Of a stretch of DNA of 64,000 nucleotides, positions 35,393 to 48,385 are shown in pieces. Position numbers and translations under genes: made by a program. The stretch is from Mobula hypostoma (lineage: Eukaryota), in assembly GCF_963921235.1 (NCBI RefSeq), contig NC_086097.1, positions 141,112,001 through 141,176,000 of the forward strand, read 5' to 3'. The notes below the pieces were generated by a model. It was not told the DNA's origin and made no database searches. It saw only the letters and a program-made list of their open reading frames with translations. Numbering within the stretch: the stretch's first letter is position 1; every line of letters starts with the position of its first letter.

Positions 35393-38300
35393 CAGGGGTC
35401 AGTGTTGGGACCTCTGTCATTAATTATACTGTAAATGATTTGGATGTGAATGCATACAGCACGATGTTCATTATACCCTCAATATTGGTATCATCTGCAA
35501 ATTTGCCGATCCAGTTTAATATATTGTCATTTAAATTATTAGTATAAGTGACCAACAACAATGGATCAAACACCGATTCCTGCAGCACAGCGCTAGCCAC
35601 AGGCCTCCAGGCAGAGAGTCAAACACTAACCACCATTCTCTGGCTTCTTCCGCTAAGCCAACATTCAATCTAATTGACTACTAAATCCTGAATGCCTGGC
35701 GACTTAATCCTCTTGACGAATCTGCCATGTCGTAATTTATCAAAGGCTTTTCTAAAGACCATGGTATTCCCTTCTTATTACAAACTTCTTATTAACCTCG
35801 TTAAAAAAAACTGTTATAAATTAGTTAGACATGACTTACCATGCATTAAGTCATATTGCTTATCTCTTTTCAGGCCCTGTCTATCCAAACACTGGTACAT
35901 GTACATCCTATCCATGAGAAAAGCTTCCGATAATTTACCCACAACTAATGTCAGGTTCACCAGGCTCTAATTTCCTGCTTATTCTTAGAACCATTCTTAA
36001 ATGTTAGCGACCCTCCAGTCCTCCAGTACCTCACCCATGGGTAACGATGTTTTAAATATTACTGCCAGGGCCCCTGTAATCTCTGCACTGGCCTCCCACA
36101 AGGTTGGAGAGGACACCTCGTCAGGCCTTTGGGACTTATTCCCCATAAATTCTTCTCAAGATAGCAAGCACTTCCTCTTCGGTAGTCTGAACATGGTCCA
36201 TGACATCTAGTGTTTTGCCAGATTCTATGGTATCTGTGTCTGTCTCCTGAGTAAATGCAAACACAAAAATAAAACATCTAACATTTTTCTGCATCTCTTT
36301 CAACTTCATGCACATATGAACAACTTGATCTTCAAGGGGACCAATTTTGTCCCCTGCTATCCCCTTGCTCACAATACCTGTAGAACCCTTGGATTCTGGT
36401 TTAACTGGTATGCTAGATTAACCACGTATCCCTTTTCAGCCTTCCTGATCTTCCGCGTGTGTTTTCTTGCATGTCTTATATTCCTCAAGTGCCCCATTTA
36501 ACACTACCTGCCAATACCTGATATGTGTTTCTTTTTTGATTACAAGGTCGTCAATATCCCATTATAAATAAGGTTCCCTCAACCTGCCAACCTTGCTTTT
36601 TATCCTATAGAAATATACATATTGTATACTCTCAATACTCAATTATGTTGAAGACCAACACCTGCCAGTGTCTCTTTGTTAGAAAACAGCCTATCCCAAT
36701 CCACGCCTGGCAGATTGCATCTGATGCCAGCAAAATTTCTCTTCCTCCATTTTGGAATCTTAATCTGAAAACCAATCCTATAGAAACTCCCTAATTATTT
36801 TGAAGTCGATGGAATTATGATCACTATATCCAAAGTGTTTCCCTATATTCACTTCTGTCACCTGCCCTGTCTCATTTCCGGAGAAGAGAGCCATAATTCT
36901 GCACTCTTTTGTTGGGAATTCTGCATGTTGATAATGAAACTTTCCCGATCATATTTGACAAACTCCATCTCATCCACTTCTTTTGCAATATGGGAGTCCC
37001 AATCAATACGCAGAAAGTGAAAATCACCCGCTATCTCAACCTAAACACTGGAGATTCTTCAGATGCTGGAAATCCAGAGTAACACATCAAAAATCCTGGA
37101 GGAACTCATGAGGTCAGGTTTTCCCATGAAATGGAATAAAGCGTCAATGCTTCAGACCAAGACTCTTCATCAGGACCCTTCATGAATCCTGATGAAGAGT
37201 CTCAGCCAAAAACATTGACTGTTTATTCCTTTTGCAGTTGCTGCCTTCCCTGCTGAGTTACTCTTGCATCTTGTATGTGTTATTGTAACAGCCTTATATT
37301 TCTTGCAACTGTCTGCTATCTTCCTATGAATTTGTCTGTCCAATTCCTGCTGACTCTATAAACTCTATAAAGTCCCATTAACATGGTCATCCATTGTATA
37401 GTCCACAGATTCATGAAAGTTGCCTTGGCAGATGAGCCTTCTGTATATCATCTGAGCATTGCAATGACATTATAACAGTTATGGAAGAGTAATCCCTCTC
37501 CCTTTAATACCTCTTTCTCTGACATGTCTAAATCAGCGGAATGCCAGAACAATGGGCTGTCAGTCCTCACACTCCTGTAACCATGTCTCAATAATGGTTT
37601 CAACATCGTAAGTCCACACATGGATCCATGCTCCATGTGCATCAGCCTTACCTACAACCGTCCTTGTCTTGCAATAGAGGCAACTCAGAACATTTATCCA
37701 CCCTGTTGAATCTTTCAGTTTGCATCTCTGCTTAAAAACCAGAAATACAAAATATGCTGGAAATCCAAAGCAACATACACAAAATCTTTGATTGTAGTCA
37801 TGACATTTTTTTTCCACAACCACTTCATTGCTGTCCTGCCACTCTGGATACCATCCCTCTTAAAAATTAGTTTGAACACTTCTGAGCAGGATTAGCAAAC
37901 CTTCCTGTAAGGATATTGGTTCCTCTCCAGATTGAGTGAAACTGTCCTATTTGCAGAGATCCCACCAGCCCTGGAATGGAGTTCAGTGATCCAAAAACTC
38001 AGAAGCCCTCTCCCATGCACCATCTGCTTAGTCATATGTTAAACTGCACAGTCTTCCTTATTTTTTTACCTCACTACAATGGATAGCTTCGTGCGATCTC
38101 CATCTTGGAGGTCCTCTCTTTTAACTTTGTACCTTATTCCCTGAACTCATTTTGCAAGTCCACCTCCCTTTTCCTGCTTATGTCATTTGTATCAATATGT
38201 ACCATGACATATCGCTTCTCACCCTCCCCCTTAAGATGGCTATGGACTCAATTCAAGATATCTCTGATCATCTGTATCTGGGAGGCAATATACCATCCAA

Positions 38301-38640
38301 GAATCTTGTTCTTGTCTCTGGTCCTCCTGTCTGTTTCACTAAGTAGTCCTAACCAATTACCTCTATCACTACTACTGGCCTCTTCTCCCCCTCCCCCACC
38401 CACCTACCTACCTTTCTGAAACAAAGGTAATTGCTTTATGCAAAGGATAATGAGCTGACTGAGGAAGTGGTTGAAATGGTGCATTTGTAATATTTAAGAT
38501 GTATTTGCATAGGTAAATGGAAGGAAAGGGCTTGAAGGACTCTGACTCAAATGCAGCAGCTGGAACTAGCAGGGAGGATGCTGTGGTCAGCATGGACCAT
38601 TGGGGCCGAAGGGCCTATATCTGGGCTCTGTTACTCAATG

Positions 38641-39330
38641 GGAGGGGGAAGAAGATGGCTGCGCCACGGCAGCGCGCGCGGCCACTTCGGTGATGATATC
38701 TGTTATCTGTCAAGTAGGGGACCGTGCACAATCCTGTTTTGATGAAGATAGACGTGACAACACGGAGGGACATCTGGAAATTTTCTGAAATGTCCGCTTC
38801 GCTGCCGCTGCTACTGTATGGTAACTGGAATCTCCGGAGCTGAAGGCCTCGAAATCCTCGGCTTTGCGTGTTTCAGCGGCCGGGGAGAGGTCGAAGACGC
38901 CCGGCAGAGGATGGCGCTCGGGAGGCTGTATCGGAGAGGCTGGTCGGAAGCCTGGAGTTTTCGGACGGATGGACTCAGTGTCGGCTGTGGTCGGGTGTTT
39001 TCAAGGCTTCGGCAAGTTGATGGTGCCTGGAGGTTTATGGCAGGGAGTTTCTCCCTTTTGCCGCCTGCTATCGGGGACTTGGGAGTCGATCGACTCGGAC
39101 TTTGAGACTTTTTTAACTGTGCCTATGATCTGTTCTTCATCAAATTATGGTATTGTCTTGCACTGCTGTAACTATATGTTATAATTATGTGGTTCTGTCA
39201 GTGTTAGTCTTTCGTCTGCCCCTGTTTTCTGTGATATCACTCCGGAGAAACGTTGCATCATTTCTTAATGCATGTATGCATTTCTAAATGACAATAAAAG
39301 AGGACTGGGTTTTCTCATAATCTAAAAAAA
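38641..39330 (+). mobile_element. Unit-3-specific non-autonomous retroelement insertion
   Basis: Interrupts CTCAATG|...ATAAACAT, which is contiguous in units 2 and 4; CpG-rich body with an AATAAAA signal and TCATAATCTAAAA tail. Family not identified. Confidence 0.6.
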
Positions 39331-40594
39331 AATAAACATAAAATGCTTAAAATACTCATATGGACAGATGGCATCGGTGTAAAGAGAAACAGAGTTAAGG
39401 GAGGTCAAAGATAGCATAAAAGCGAAATAGAGGGCAGGAAGTCTGCAAAAGGACTGGGACAGACTAGGAGAATGGAGAAAAAAGTGGCAGATGGAACACA
39501 GTGTTTGGCCATGCACTTTGGTAGAAGGACTGAAGGGACAGAATATTCTCTGAAGAGAGGGAGAATGCAGAAACCGAATGTGCAAGAAGACTTGAGAGTT
39601 CTAGTGCAGGATTCCCGAAAGGCTAACTTGCTGTTTGAGTCAGTAGTGGAGAAGGCAAATGCAGTGACAGCAATCATTTCGAGGGGTCTAGAATATAATC
39701 AGAATAGAATGGGAATCAGGTTTAATATCACTTACATAGGTCGTAGAAGTGTTATTTGCAGCTGCAGTACAATATATAATAAAAACTATAAATTATAATA
39801 AGATATATATTAAATTAAATAAGTAGAAAAAAAGTGTGGTAGCACATGTTGATTCATTGTCCATTCAGATATCTAATAAATAAAAAAGTTGTAATGTTGA
39901 GTCTTTATAAGAGATCGGTAGACTACATATGGAGTATTTTCTGTGATTTTGGGATCCATATCCGAGAAAGAATGTCCTGGCATTAGAGAGGGTCCAGAGG
40001 AGGTTTAAGAGAATGGCTCCAGGAATGAAAGGGTTATCACATAAGGAACGTTTGATGGTAGCAGGCCTGTTCTCGCTGGAGCCGAGAAGACTACGGGATA
40101 TCTCTTTGAAACCTACTGAATATGTAATGGCCTGGACGATGAAAGCATTTTCCAGTAGTGGACGAGTCCAGGACCAAAGGGCACAGACACATAATGGAAC
40201 ATCATTTCAGAACAGAAACGAGGATGAATTTCTGAGAATCTGTGAAATTCGTTGCCACAAACGGCCATGGAGGCTAAGTTATTGGATTTATTGAAGCCGA
40301 GGCTGATAGGTACTTGATTACTCACGGTGTCAAAAGGTATTCGAAGAAGCCAACATATGGGTCGGAAAGGGAAAAGGAAACAGATATGATTAAATTGCCG
40401 AGCTGACTCAATGGATCGAATGGCCTAATCCTGCTCTTGTGACTTATCGTCTTACGCCTGGGAGAGCGATTACAGTCGGAGCATGTACGCAGGAAGTTTC
40501 TGAATCGATTAATCTAACCTGTCCTAAAGGAGTAACACACATCAAAGTTGCTGGTGAATGCAGCAGGCCAAGCAGCATCTATAGCAAGAGGTGC

Positions 40595-40630
40595 AGTCGA
40601 CGTTTCAGGCCGAGACCCTTCGTCAGGACT
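40595..40630 (-). ncRNA. Minimal type I hammerhead ribozyme motif in the Penelope pseudo-LTR
   Basis: AGUC | CUGACGA | AGG-GUCUCGG-CCU | GAAAC | GUC^GACU. Helix I AGUC/GACU, helix II AGG/CCU, loopless palindromic helix III (ACGU). Confidence 0.75.
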
Positions 40631-40928
40631 AACTGAAGGAAGAGTGAGTAAGGGATTTGAAAGTTGGAGGGGGAGGGGGAGATCCAAAATGATAGGAGAA
40701 GACAGGAGGGGGAGGGATAGAGCCGAGAGCTGGACAGGTGATAGGCAAAAGGGGATACGAGAGGATCATGGGACAGGAGGTCCGGGAAGAAAGACAAGGG
40801 GGGGGGGTGTGACCCAGAGGATGGGCAAGAGGTATATTCAGAGGGACAGAGGGAGAAAAAGGAGAGTGAGAGAAAGAACGTGTGCATAAAAATGAGTAAC
40901 AGATGGGGTACGAGGGGTAGGTGGGGCC

Positions 40929-41309
40929 TTAGCGGAAGTTAGAGAAGTCGATGTTCATGCCATCAGGTTGGAGGCTACCCAGACGGAATATAAGGTGTTG
41001 TTCCTCCAACCTGAGTGTGGCTTCATCTTTACAGTAGAGGAGGCCGTGGATAGGCATGTCAGAATGGGAATGGGATGTGGAAGTAAAATGTGTGGCCACT
41101 GGGAGATCCTGCTTTCTCTGGCGGACAGAGCGTAGATGTTCAGCAAAGCGGTCTCCCAGTCTGCGTCGGGTCTCACCAATATATAAAAGGCCACATCGGG
41201 AGCACCGGACGCAGTATATCACCCCAGTCGACTCACAGGTGAAGTGATGCCTCACCTGGAAGGACTGTTTGGGGCCCTGAAGGGTCTCGGCCTGAAACGT
41301 CGACTGCAC
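40929..41309 (-). CDS. Penelope GIY-YIG endonuclease C-terminal fragment
   Basis: FTCESTGVIYCVRCSRCGLLYIGETRRRLGDRFAEHL...EQHLIFRLGSLQPDGMN. Confidence 0.85.
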   Translation of the reverse strand: MQSTFQAETLQGPKQSFQVRHHFTCESTGVIYCVRCSRCGLLYIGETRRRLGDRFAEHLRSVRQRKQDLPVATHFTSTSHSHSDMPIHGLLYCKDEATLRLEEQHLIFRLGSLQPDGMNIDFSNFR

Positions 41310-42769
41310 CTCTTCCTATAGATGCTGCTTGGCCTGCTGCGTTCACCAGCAACTTTGATGTGTGTTGCTTGAATTTCCAGCATCTGCAGAATTCCTGTTG
41401 TTTATGTCCTAAAGGAGTTATCGGAAGGAGAAATTGTTAACGAATGAGTTGACTTAGGGAGAAGGTTTGCGGGAGGTTTACAACTAGGACCTGGTTAGTT
41501 ATGGCACTTGGACGTTTACAGCGACAGGAAAGAGGGCCCTGGGCATTCGATAAAGGACGTACACTGCCGAGGCACCGCGGTAGCGTAGCGATTAGCGCGA
41601 CGCTATTACACCTCCGGGTTGTAAATTGTTCCGTGACTGGGTTAGGGTTAATACCGTTTGTCGAGGGTGATTGGGCCTACTTCGTGCTGTATCGCTAAAT
41701 AATAAATTAGATATCGTCCTTTCAATTTTCACAGCGGAAGCCAATGTAAACTAATATTTACTGACAGGTTCTGCCCATTTGGAATAATTAAAACCACGTT
41801 AACAGGGAAAGATGAACAGATTCACAGATATGCTGCAGATGGCATTCGGTTCATCAAACATCCCACCCAACGGAACGTACACGGAATGCGGTCGCGGCGA
41901 CAGGGGCGGCTGCGAGACAGGTCCAGGGTCGGCACTTTAGCAGCGCTTGTGGGGAGGATAGCGCTCTCCTTGCTCTGTCACAGACTCCGGAGTCAAAAGA
42001 TTAGGCAAAGTGAAGGCCAAGATGGAGAAACCGGGGGTGTCTGTGAGAATTATCTCCATGTACTCCTGACGTCTGAAGGAGCCGAAAAACAGCCCAACCC
42101 ACCTCCCCCGTCCGCCGCTCTCAAACCACTTGCTCCAACTGTGGTGTACGGCGGGAAATTTCGGGAATGTCACAAAACAGCGATAAAGGGATGATAAATA
42201 TTTTAAATATGTTGACGTGTTACTGAAAAGACAACTGGCAGGAGATGACTACTTTGGGGAAATTTTGTAGCGGAAAGGTTCGGATTGGTTAGTGTAACGC
42301 CATTATAGCGCCAGCGACCCAGGTTAAATCCCGTCGTTCTCCTGAAGGAAATTTGTACGTTCTTCCTGTGACCGTGTGGGTTTCCTCCGGCTGCTCCGGT
42401 TTCCTCCCACGTTCAAAAGACGTAAGGATTAGTAGGCGCCCAAATCAAAATATACAAAGTGCTGTAGGAACTCAGCAGGCCAAGCAGCATTTATGGAAAA
42501 TAGTAAATAGTCGACGTTTCGGGCTGAAACCCTTTTTCAGGACTGGAAAGAAAGGCGAGAAATCAGCGTGTGAGGTCTTCAGCATCTGCAAAATTTCTCC
42601 TGTTTGCGGGTTAGTAGGTCAATTGATCGCATTGATGCAATTGGATAGCCCGGGCTTGGCCCCGAAAGGCCTGTTATCGTGACGGATTTCTTCATGTTAA
42701 GCGACAGCAAGTTCGAACCCCCAAAAAAATCGTTCAATGAACTGCTGTGCAATTCTAACAAAAAGTCAT

Positions 42770-42927
42770 TTTATGCAGAGGAAATAATAGTGTCGTTTTC
42801 AAATGGGGTTGGAAGGCGTGGTCTGTGATACGTTGAGAGAAAGTCGGACGTGAAGCGTCCTGTTGTTTATAACCAGCCAGGCCACGTCTAAATCCGTGTC
42901 AAATACAGTCACAACTCGACAAACACC
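42770..42927 (+). promoter_or_regulatory. Putative V3 core promoter (TATA-like motif altered)
   Basis: TGTTTATAA at 42864-42872 replaces TATTTATAA at the same spacing from the ATG. Confidence 0.45.
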
Positions 42928-43350
42928 ATGCGGCTGGGTTGTGTGGCTTTTGTGATACTTTTCCTCCGTTAGTTGATTGATTTTCATCTATTTACTCCCT
43001 GTTTGTTTCAGACTTTTAAACACGTTATGACTTTGATTTCGGTTTCCACAGGCAGATGTCTCTGTGCTGAATTGGTACAGTCTCCGATGTCCATCACCAA
43101 AATATGGGCAAACGTGCCGACATGAGCTGCGATCTGGGGACAGCGAACATGCACGTAATCCACTGGTGCTGGCAGCCAGATGGGCAACGCCCAGTTAGAA
43201 TCCTCTATTACAATAATGGGGGCAACGTACGCGAAGCTGGATTTGATAACAGATTTGCAGCGTGCAATGCTGGACCAAAGCAGAATATGCTAACTGTGAC
43301 CCGTCTCCAGAAAGAGGATTCCGGCACCTATTGCTGTGCCTATTGGGACC
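42928..43350 (+). pseudogene. TRGV: V3: TCR gamma V pseudogene. Leader 42928-42967, intron 42968-43051, V exon 43052-43350.
   Basis: V exon is 299 nt versus 300 in the paralogs. A 1-nt deletion at ~43099-43102 gives TGA at 43123-43125. Further lesions: WYRQ>WCWQ and YYC>YCC. Confidence 0.85.
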
Positions 43351-43389
43351 CACAGAGTTAAACTGCAACCGGAGCTGCTGAGAAAAACT
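43351..43389 (+). other. 23-bp-spacer RSS of V3
   Basis: CACAGAG (43351-43357) + 23 nt + AGAAAAACT (43381-43389). Confidence 0.85.
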
Positions 43390-45147
43390 CTTCCTCAGCG
43401 TAAAGGTCACACTAATCGCTTCCGACTCAGCGAATTCGCAGCTTATACCATAAATGCCATCACCTCTCTTCGGATAAAGAACTCTATCCAATTCCACGAA
43501 AGTTACCCGATTAGCCTCATCGACAGTGTATTCATTTACACCCGTCGCTCGAGAACAGTGAATTGGGAGAATATTTCCGCAGGGTACGAGAGCCCAAATT
43601 AGAGACGATAGATTTAAAGTGAGAGGGGCAAGATCTATAAGCGACCTGTGTGGTAGGTTCTTCAGGGAAAGGGCGGTGGGCACAGTCAACAAGCTGCCAA
43701 AGGAAGAGTTAGAGACAGGAACCATCAACAGATTTAAAAGTCATTTGGGCATCAACATGCATAAGAAAGGTTCAGAGTAAAACAGTGAAATGCAGGTAAA
43801 CGGGACTGGCACAGAAGGGCCTGATTTTGTTCTGTAGAACTCAATGGGCCTTAGAATTGTTTTAAATCTCTGCACAGTCGCCAGTCAGACTCCTTTATTC
43901 CGCGGAAAACAGTCCCGACATATCCGATTGCTATAACTAAAATCCTCCAATCCCAGAAACATACTTGTGAATCTTCTATGCGTCCTCTCTAGTTCAATCA
44001 CACACAACTAATTAAGCAATAAATACTGAGGAAATTAGGTGAATATCCTTGAAAGTGAGGCCATATGTTGTGGGAACATTTCAGTGATGGGTCAAGTGAA
44101 GTTATACAATTTGGTTCAAGAGCCTGATTGTGGAGGGGTAATACCTGTTGCTGAACCTGGTGGTGTAGTTCTGAGGCTCCTGTACGTACTTCCTGATGGC
44201 AGCAGTGAGAGGAGAGCATGATCTGCAATCTGGGGGAGGGGTGGGGTGGGTGGTGTTTCTGATGACGGATGTTGCTTTCCTTAAAACATCACTTCTTAAA
44301 ACATTTCCTCACTGTGGATGTAAGTGATACTGGACTTTAGTCACTGAGGTAGGTCACCATGTTCCTCTGAGGCACCAGAATCAGAGAAGTCTGATTGAAG
44401 CAGGTGGGTACATCAGCCAAAGAGACAGGTTAAAGGTCAGTGAACAGCCCAGCCAGTTGAATAGTACTAGTCTTTGGCCAGGTACCTTGCCTGGGCTGGA
44501 TGATCTTCATGGGTTCATCGTCCAAAAGGCTGCCCATACATCAGCCTCAGAGACTAAAATCACTCGATCGTCTGGCGCTGTGAGTGTTTGTGATGGTTCC
44601 TCCATGTTTTGACGGTCGAAGCAAGCACAGACGGCATTGCTTTCATCTGGAAGTGAGTCCTGTTGTCACCTTAGTCACATGATTTTACTTCATAAGAAGT
44701 GATAGCATTCCAGCCATGCCACAACTATTGACTATCCTTTGTTGATTCAGGTTTCGTCTGGGAAATAAGGAGGCTTTGCCCATAAGGAGGCTTTCCAGAG
44801 AATGTACCAGGACCTCTTGTAACTTTCCTGGTCACCAGACTTGAATGCTTCTGATCTGGCCCTCAGCAAATTGCTGACTTGGTGATTCATTCAAGGATTC
44901 TGGCGGGAGAAGACTCTGAATAATTTTGTGGGAAGGCACTCGTCTACAACTGATTTTCAAAAGTCCATGATGTAGGTGCCCATTGAACCTACATGGTGCA
45001 GGTGCATTTATTCAGATCCATAGATGTGTCCTTGAAAATGTGAGAGACCACTCGAAGAAATTCCATATAGCAATAACCACTCATATGCTTCCCTCGACCA
45101 CCTTGTTTTTGTCCTGATCTCTGGAGTTTATATCCAGTTCCTTGATT

Positions 45148-47550
45148 TCTTCTGGGGGATCTCTTCTGGGGGAAGTATGACCTGTTCAAAATGGACGGGT
45201 TACACCTGAACCCGAAGAGGACTAATATCCTGACCGGAAGGTTTAATAGAGCTCTTAGGGAGGGTTTAAACTAATTTGGCAGGGGGATGGGAACCGGAAT
45301 GATAGAGCGGAGGAAGGGGAAAACAGAAGTAAATCTAAGATAGTGAGCAATAAAGATGTCAGGAAAGACAGGCAGGTGATGGAACAAATTTGTAGCCATT
45401 GGGATGAGTTGCAGTGCAATCAAAGCAAAAAGTACCAAATTCTGGTCTTAAGGTGTTATACTTAAATGCACGCAGCATAAGGAATAAGGTGGATGATCTT
45501 GTACTACAGCTACAGATTGGCAGGAATAATATTGTAGCCATCACTGAGACGTGGCTAAAGGATGCATGTCTCTGGGAGCTGAACGTCCAAGTATACACGG
45601 TGTATCGGAAGGATAGGAAGGTAGGTAGAGGGGGTGTCGTGGCTTTATTGGTAAGAAATTATATCAAATCATTAGAAAGAGGTGACATGGGATCAGAATG
45701 TGCAGAATCTTTATGTGTTGAGCTAAGAAATCGCAGGGGTAAAAGGACACTGATGGCAGTTATATATAGGCTTCCAAACAGCTGCAGTGATGTGGACTAC
45801 AAATTACAACAAGAAATAGAAAAGGCATGTCAGAAGGGCATTATAAATGATAATTGTGGGGATTTTAGCATGAGAGTGGATTGGGAAAATCGGGTCAGCA
45901 CTGGATCTCAAGGGAGAGAATTTGTAGAATGTCTGCGAGATGGCTTTTTTAGAGCAGCTTGTTGCTGAGCCCACTAAGGGATCGGCTGTACTGGATTGGG
46001 TATTGGGAAGTAGCTGTGGAGATTGTGGAGGCATTAGCGATGATCTTTCAAAACTCAATAGATTCTGGCATGGTTCTGGAGGACTGGGAGATTGCAAATA
46101 TCACTCCGCTATTTAAGAAGGGGACAAGGAAGCAAAAAGTAAATTATAGACCTGTTAGCTTGACATCTGTGGTTGGGACGTTGTTGGAGTTGATTGTCAA
46201 GGATGAGGTTACGTAGTACCTGGAGACAGATGACAAGATAGGCAGAACTCAGCATGGTTTCCTTAAAGGAAAATCCTGCCTGACAAACATATTACAATTT
46301 TTTGAGGAAATTACAAGTAGGCTAGACAAGGGAGATGCAGTGGATGTTGTATATTTGGATTTTCAGAAGGCCTTTGACAAGGTGCCACACATGAGGCTTC
46401 TTAACAAGATAAGAGCCCATGGAATTACGGGAAAGTTACATACGTGGACAGGGCATTGGCTTATTGGCAGGAAACAGAGAGTGGGAATAAAGGGATCCTA
46501 TTCTGGCTGGCTGCCGGTTACCAGTGGTGTTCCACAGGGGTCTGTGTTGGGGCCACTTCCTTTTACGTTGTACATCAACGATTTGGATTATGGAACAGAT
46601 GGCTTTGTGGCTAAGTTTGCTGATGATACGAAGATAGTTGGAGGGGCCGGTAGCGCTGAGGAAGCAGAAAATCTGCAGAGAGACTTGGCTAGATTGAAAG
46701 AATGGGCAAAGAAGTAGCACATGAAATACAATGTTGGAAAGGATATGGTTATGCACTTTGGCAGAAAAAATAAACGGGAAGACTATTATTTAAATGGGGA
46801 GAGAATTCAAAGTTCTGAGATGAAACAGGACTTGGGAGTCCTCGTTCAGGATACCCTTAAGGTTAACCTCCAGGTTGAGTCGGTGGTGAAGAAGGCGATT
46901 GCAATGTTGGCATTCATTTCTAGAGGAATGGAGTATAGGAGCAGGGATGTGATGTTGAGGCTCTATAAGACACTGGTGAGACCTCACCTGGAGTACTGTG
47001 GGCAGTTTTGGTCTCCTTATTTAAGAAAGGATGTGCTGACGTTGGAGAGGGTACAGAGAAAATTCACTAGAATGATTCCGGGAATGAGAGGTTAACATAT
47101 GAGGAACGTTTGCCCGCTCCTGGACTGTATTCCATGGAGTTTAGAACAATGAGGGGGGACCTCATAGAAATATTTCGAATGTTGAAAGGCATGGACAGAG
47201 TGGACGTGGCAAAGTTGTTTCCCATGATGGGGGAGTCTAGTACGAGAGGGCATGACTTAGGGATTGAATCGCGCCCACTCAGAACAGAGATGCGACAAAT
47301 TTTTTTTAGCCAGAGGGTGGTGAATGAATGGAATTTGTTGCCACGGGCGGAGGTGGAGGCCAAGTCACTGAATGTATTTAAGGGAGAGATTGATAGGTAT
47401 CTGAGTAGCCAGGGCATCAAAAGTTCTGGTGAGAAGGCGGGGGAGTGGGACTAAATGGGAGAATGGATCAGCTCATGATAAAATGGCAGAGCAGACTCGG
47501 TGGGCTGAATGACCGACTTCTGCTCCTTTGTCTTCTGGTCTTATGGTCTT
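45148..47550 (+). mobile_element. Unit-3-specific CR1 insertion (ORF1 end, APE, internally deleted, RT, 3' tail)
   Basis: VLYLNARSIRNK (45414-45968), YLDFQKAFDKVPH and KFADDTK (46340-46717), TCTTATGG-type tail; the host sequence is contiguous in unit 1 (~17760). Confidence 0.88.
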
Positions 47551-48385
47551 ATTTGCCTCCCTCATAGCTTGACCTATCCCTCATATGGATACTGGCTTTC
47601 AGTGAATAATGTGCAAAGGCACCCTGGGCCCTCTGAACATACATACCTTGCAAACTGCCATCATTTGAAAGAAAGCTAATATTAAACAGGATAGGATGAC
47701 ATCATATTCAATATTCTTTCCCATCAGCAACAAATATTCCTTTGGATACTACAGTGGGGGGTGTAGGAAGAATGACCTGTCAGTGCACAGCAGCAGCAGC
47801 CAGGCCAGTGGCAGTATGGCCGGCTCTGTGGCTCAGCAGGGAAGGGTAAAATCAGGTAGAGTGATAGTGATAGGAGACTCAGTAATTAGGGATTGGACAA
47901 GAGATTTGGTGGCGTGACAAAGACGCAGAATGGTGTGCTGCTTCCCAGGTGCTAGGACTAGGGAGGTCTCAGAGCAGCTGCAGAAGAGGTAGGGTAACCA
48001 GACAGTGTTCGAGGTGTACATTGGCACCAATGACATAGGTGAAAACAGGGAAGAGATTTTGCACAGTAAGTGTAGGAGGTGAGGGAAGAGGCCACAGAGC
48101 ATGTGTAATCTCTGGATTACTCCCAGTTCCGCGTGCTAGTTAGGGCCGAAGTAGGATGAATGAGTGGTTGAGGATCTGGTGCAGCGGGCAGGGTTTCAGA
48201 TTGTTGGATCATTGGGATCTCATCTAGGGAAGTTCTGCCTTATAAAAAGAAGATCGGTTAAACCTTGCTGTTGGAGAACGTTTAAACTAACTTAGCAGGG
48301 GATTGGAAGCAAGAGTGAGGGGGCTGAGGATGGGGCAGTCGATGCAGCGTGTAGCGAGACTGAGAGGACGGTTGGGCAGATGATA

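Larger units (their letters stand above)
40534..41404 (-). mobile_element. 5'-truncated Penelope-like element with GIY-YIG endonuclease coding and an inverted pseudo-LTR
   Basis: 14-bp TSD TGTCCTAAAGGAGT (40520-40533 and 41405-41418). 86-bp inverted repeat (40534-40619 / 41281-41366, 2 mismatches). Confidence 0.9.
33530..48382 (+). repeat. Tandem duplication unit 3 (contains V3)
   Basis: Starts at the junction GCAGATGATAC-TAAGGCCGATGCTCTCTC; colinear modules. Confidence 0.8.

Noticed and set aside
42508-42548. Hammerhead-like motifs upstream of V2-V4 and at ~985-1030
   Set aside because: Core residues are mutated (e.g. CUGAAAA, or loss of GAAAC), so they are not expected to cleave.
43336-43602. 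Open frame running across the RSS and 3' flank (also 60170-60430, and minus-strand 43195-43728)
   Set aside because: Stops occur at different positions in the V1 and V2 paralogs; there is no FGxG J motif, transmembrane segment or known domain.
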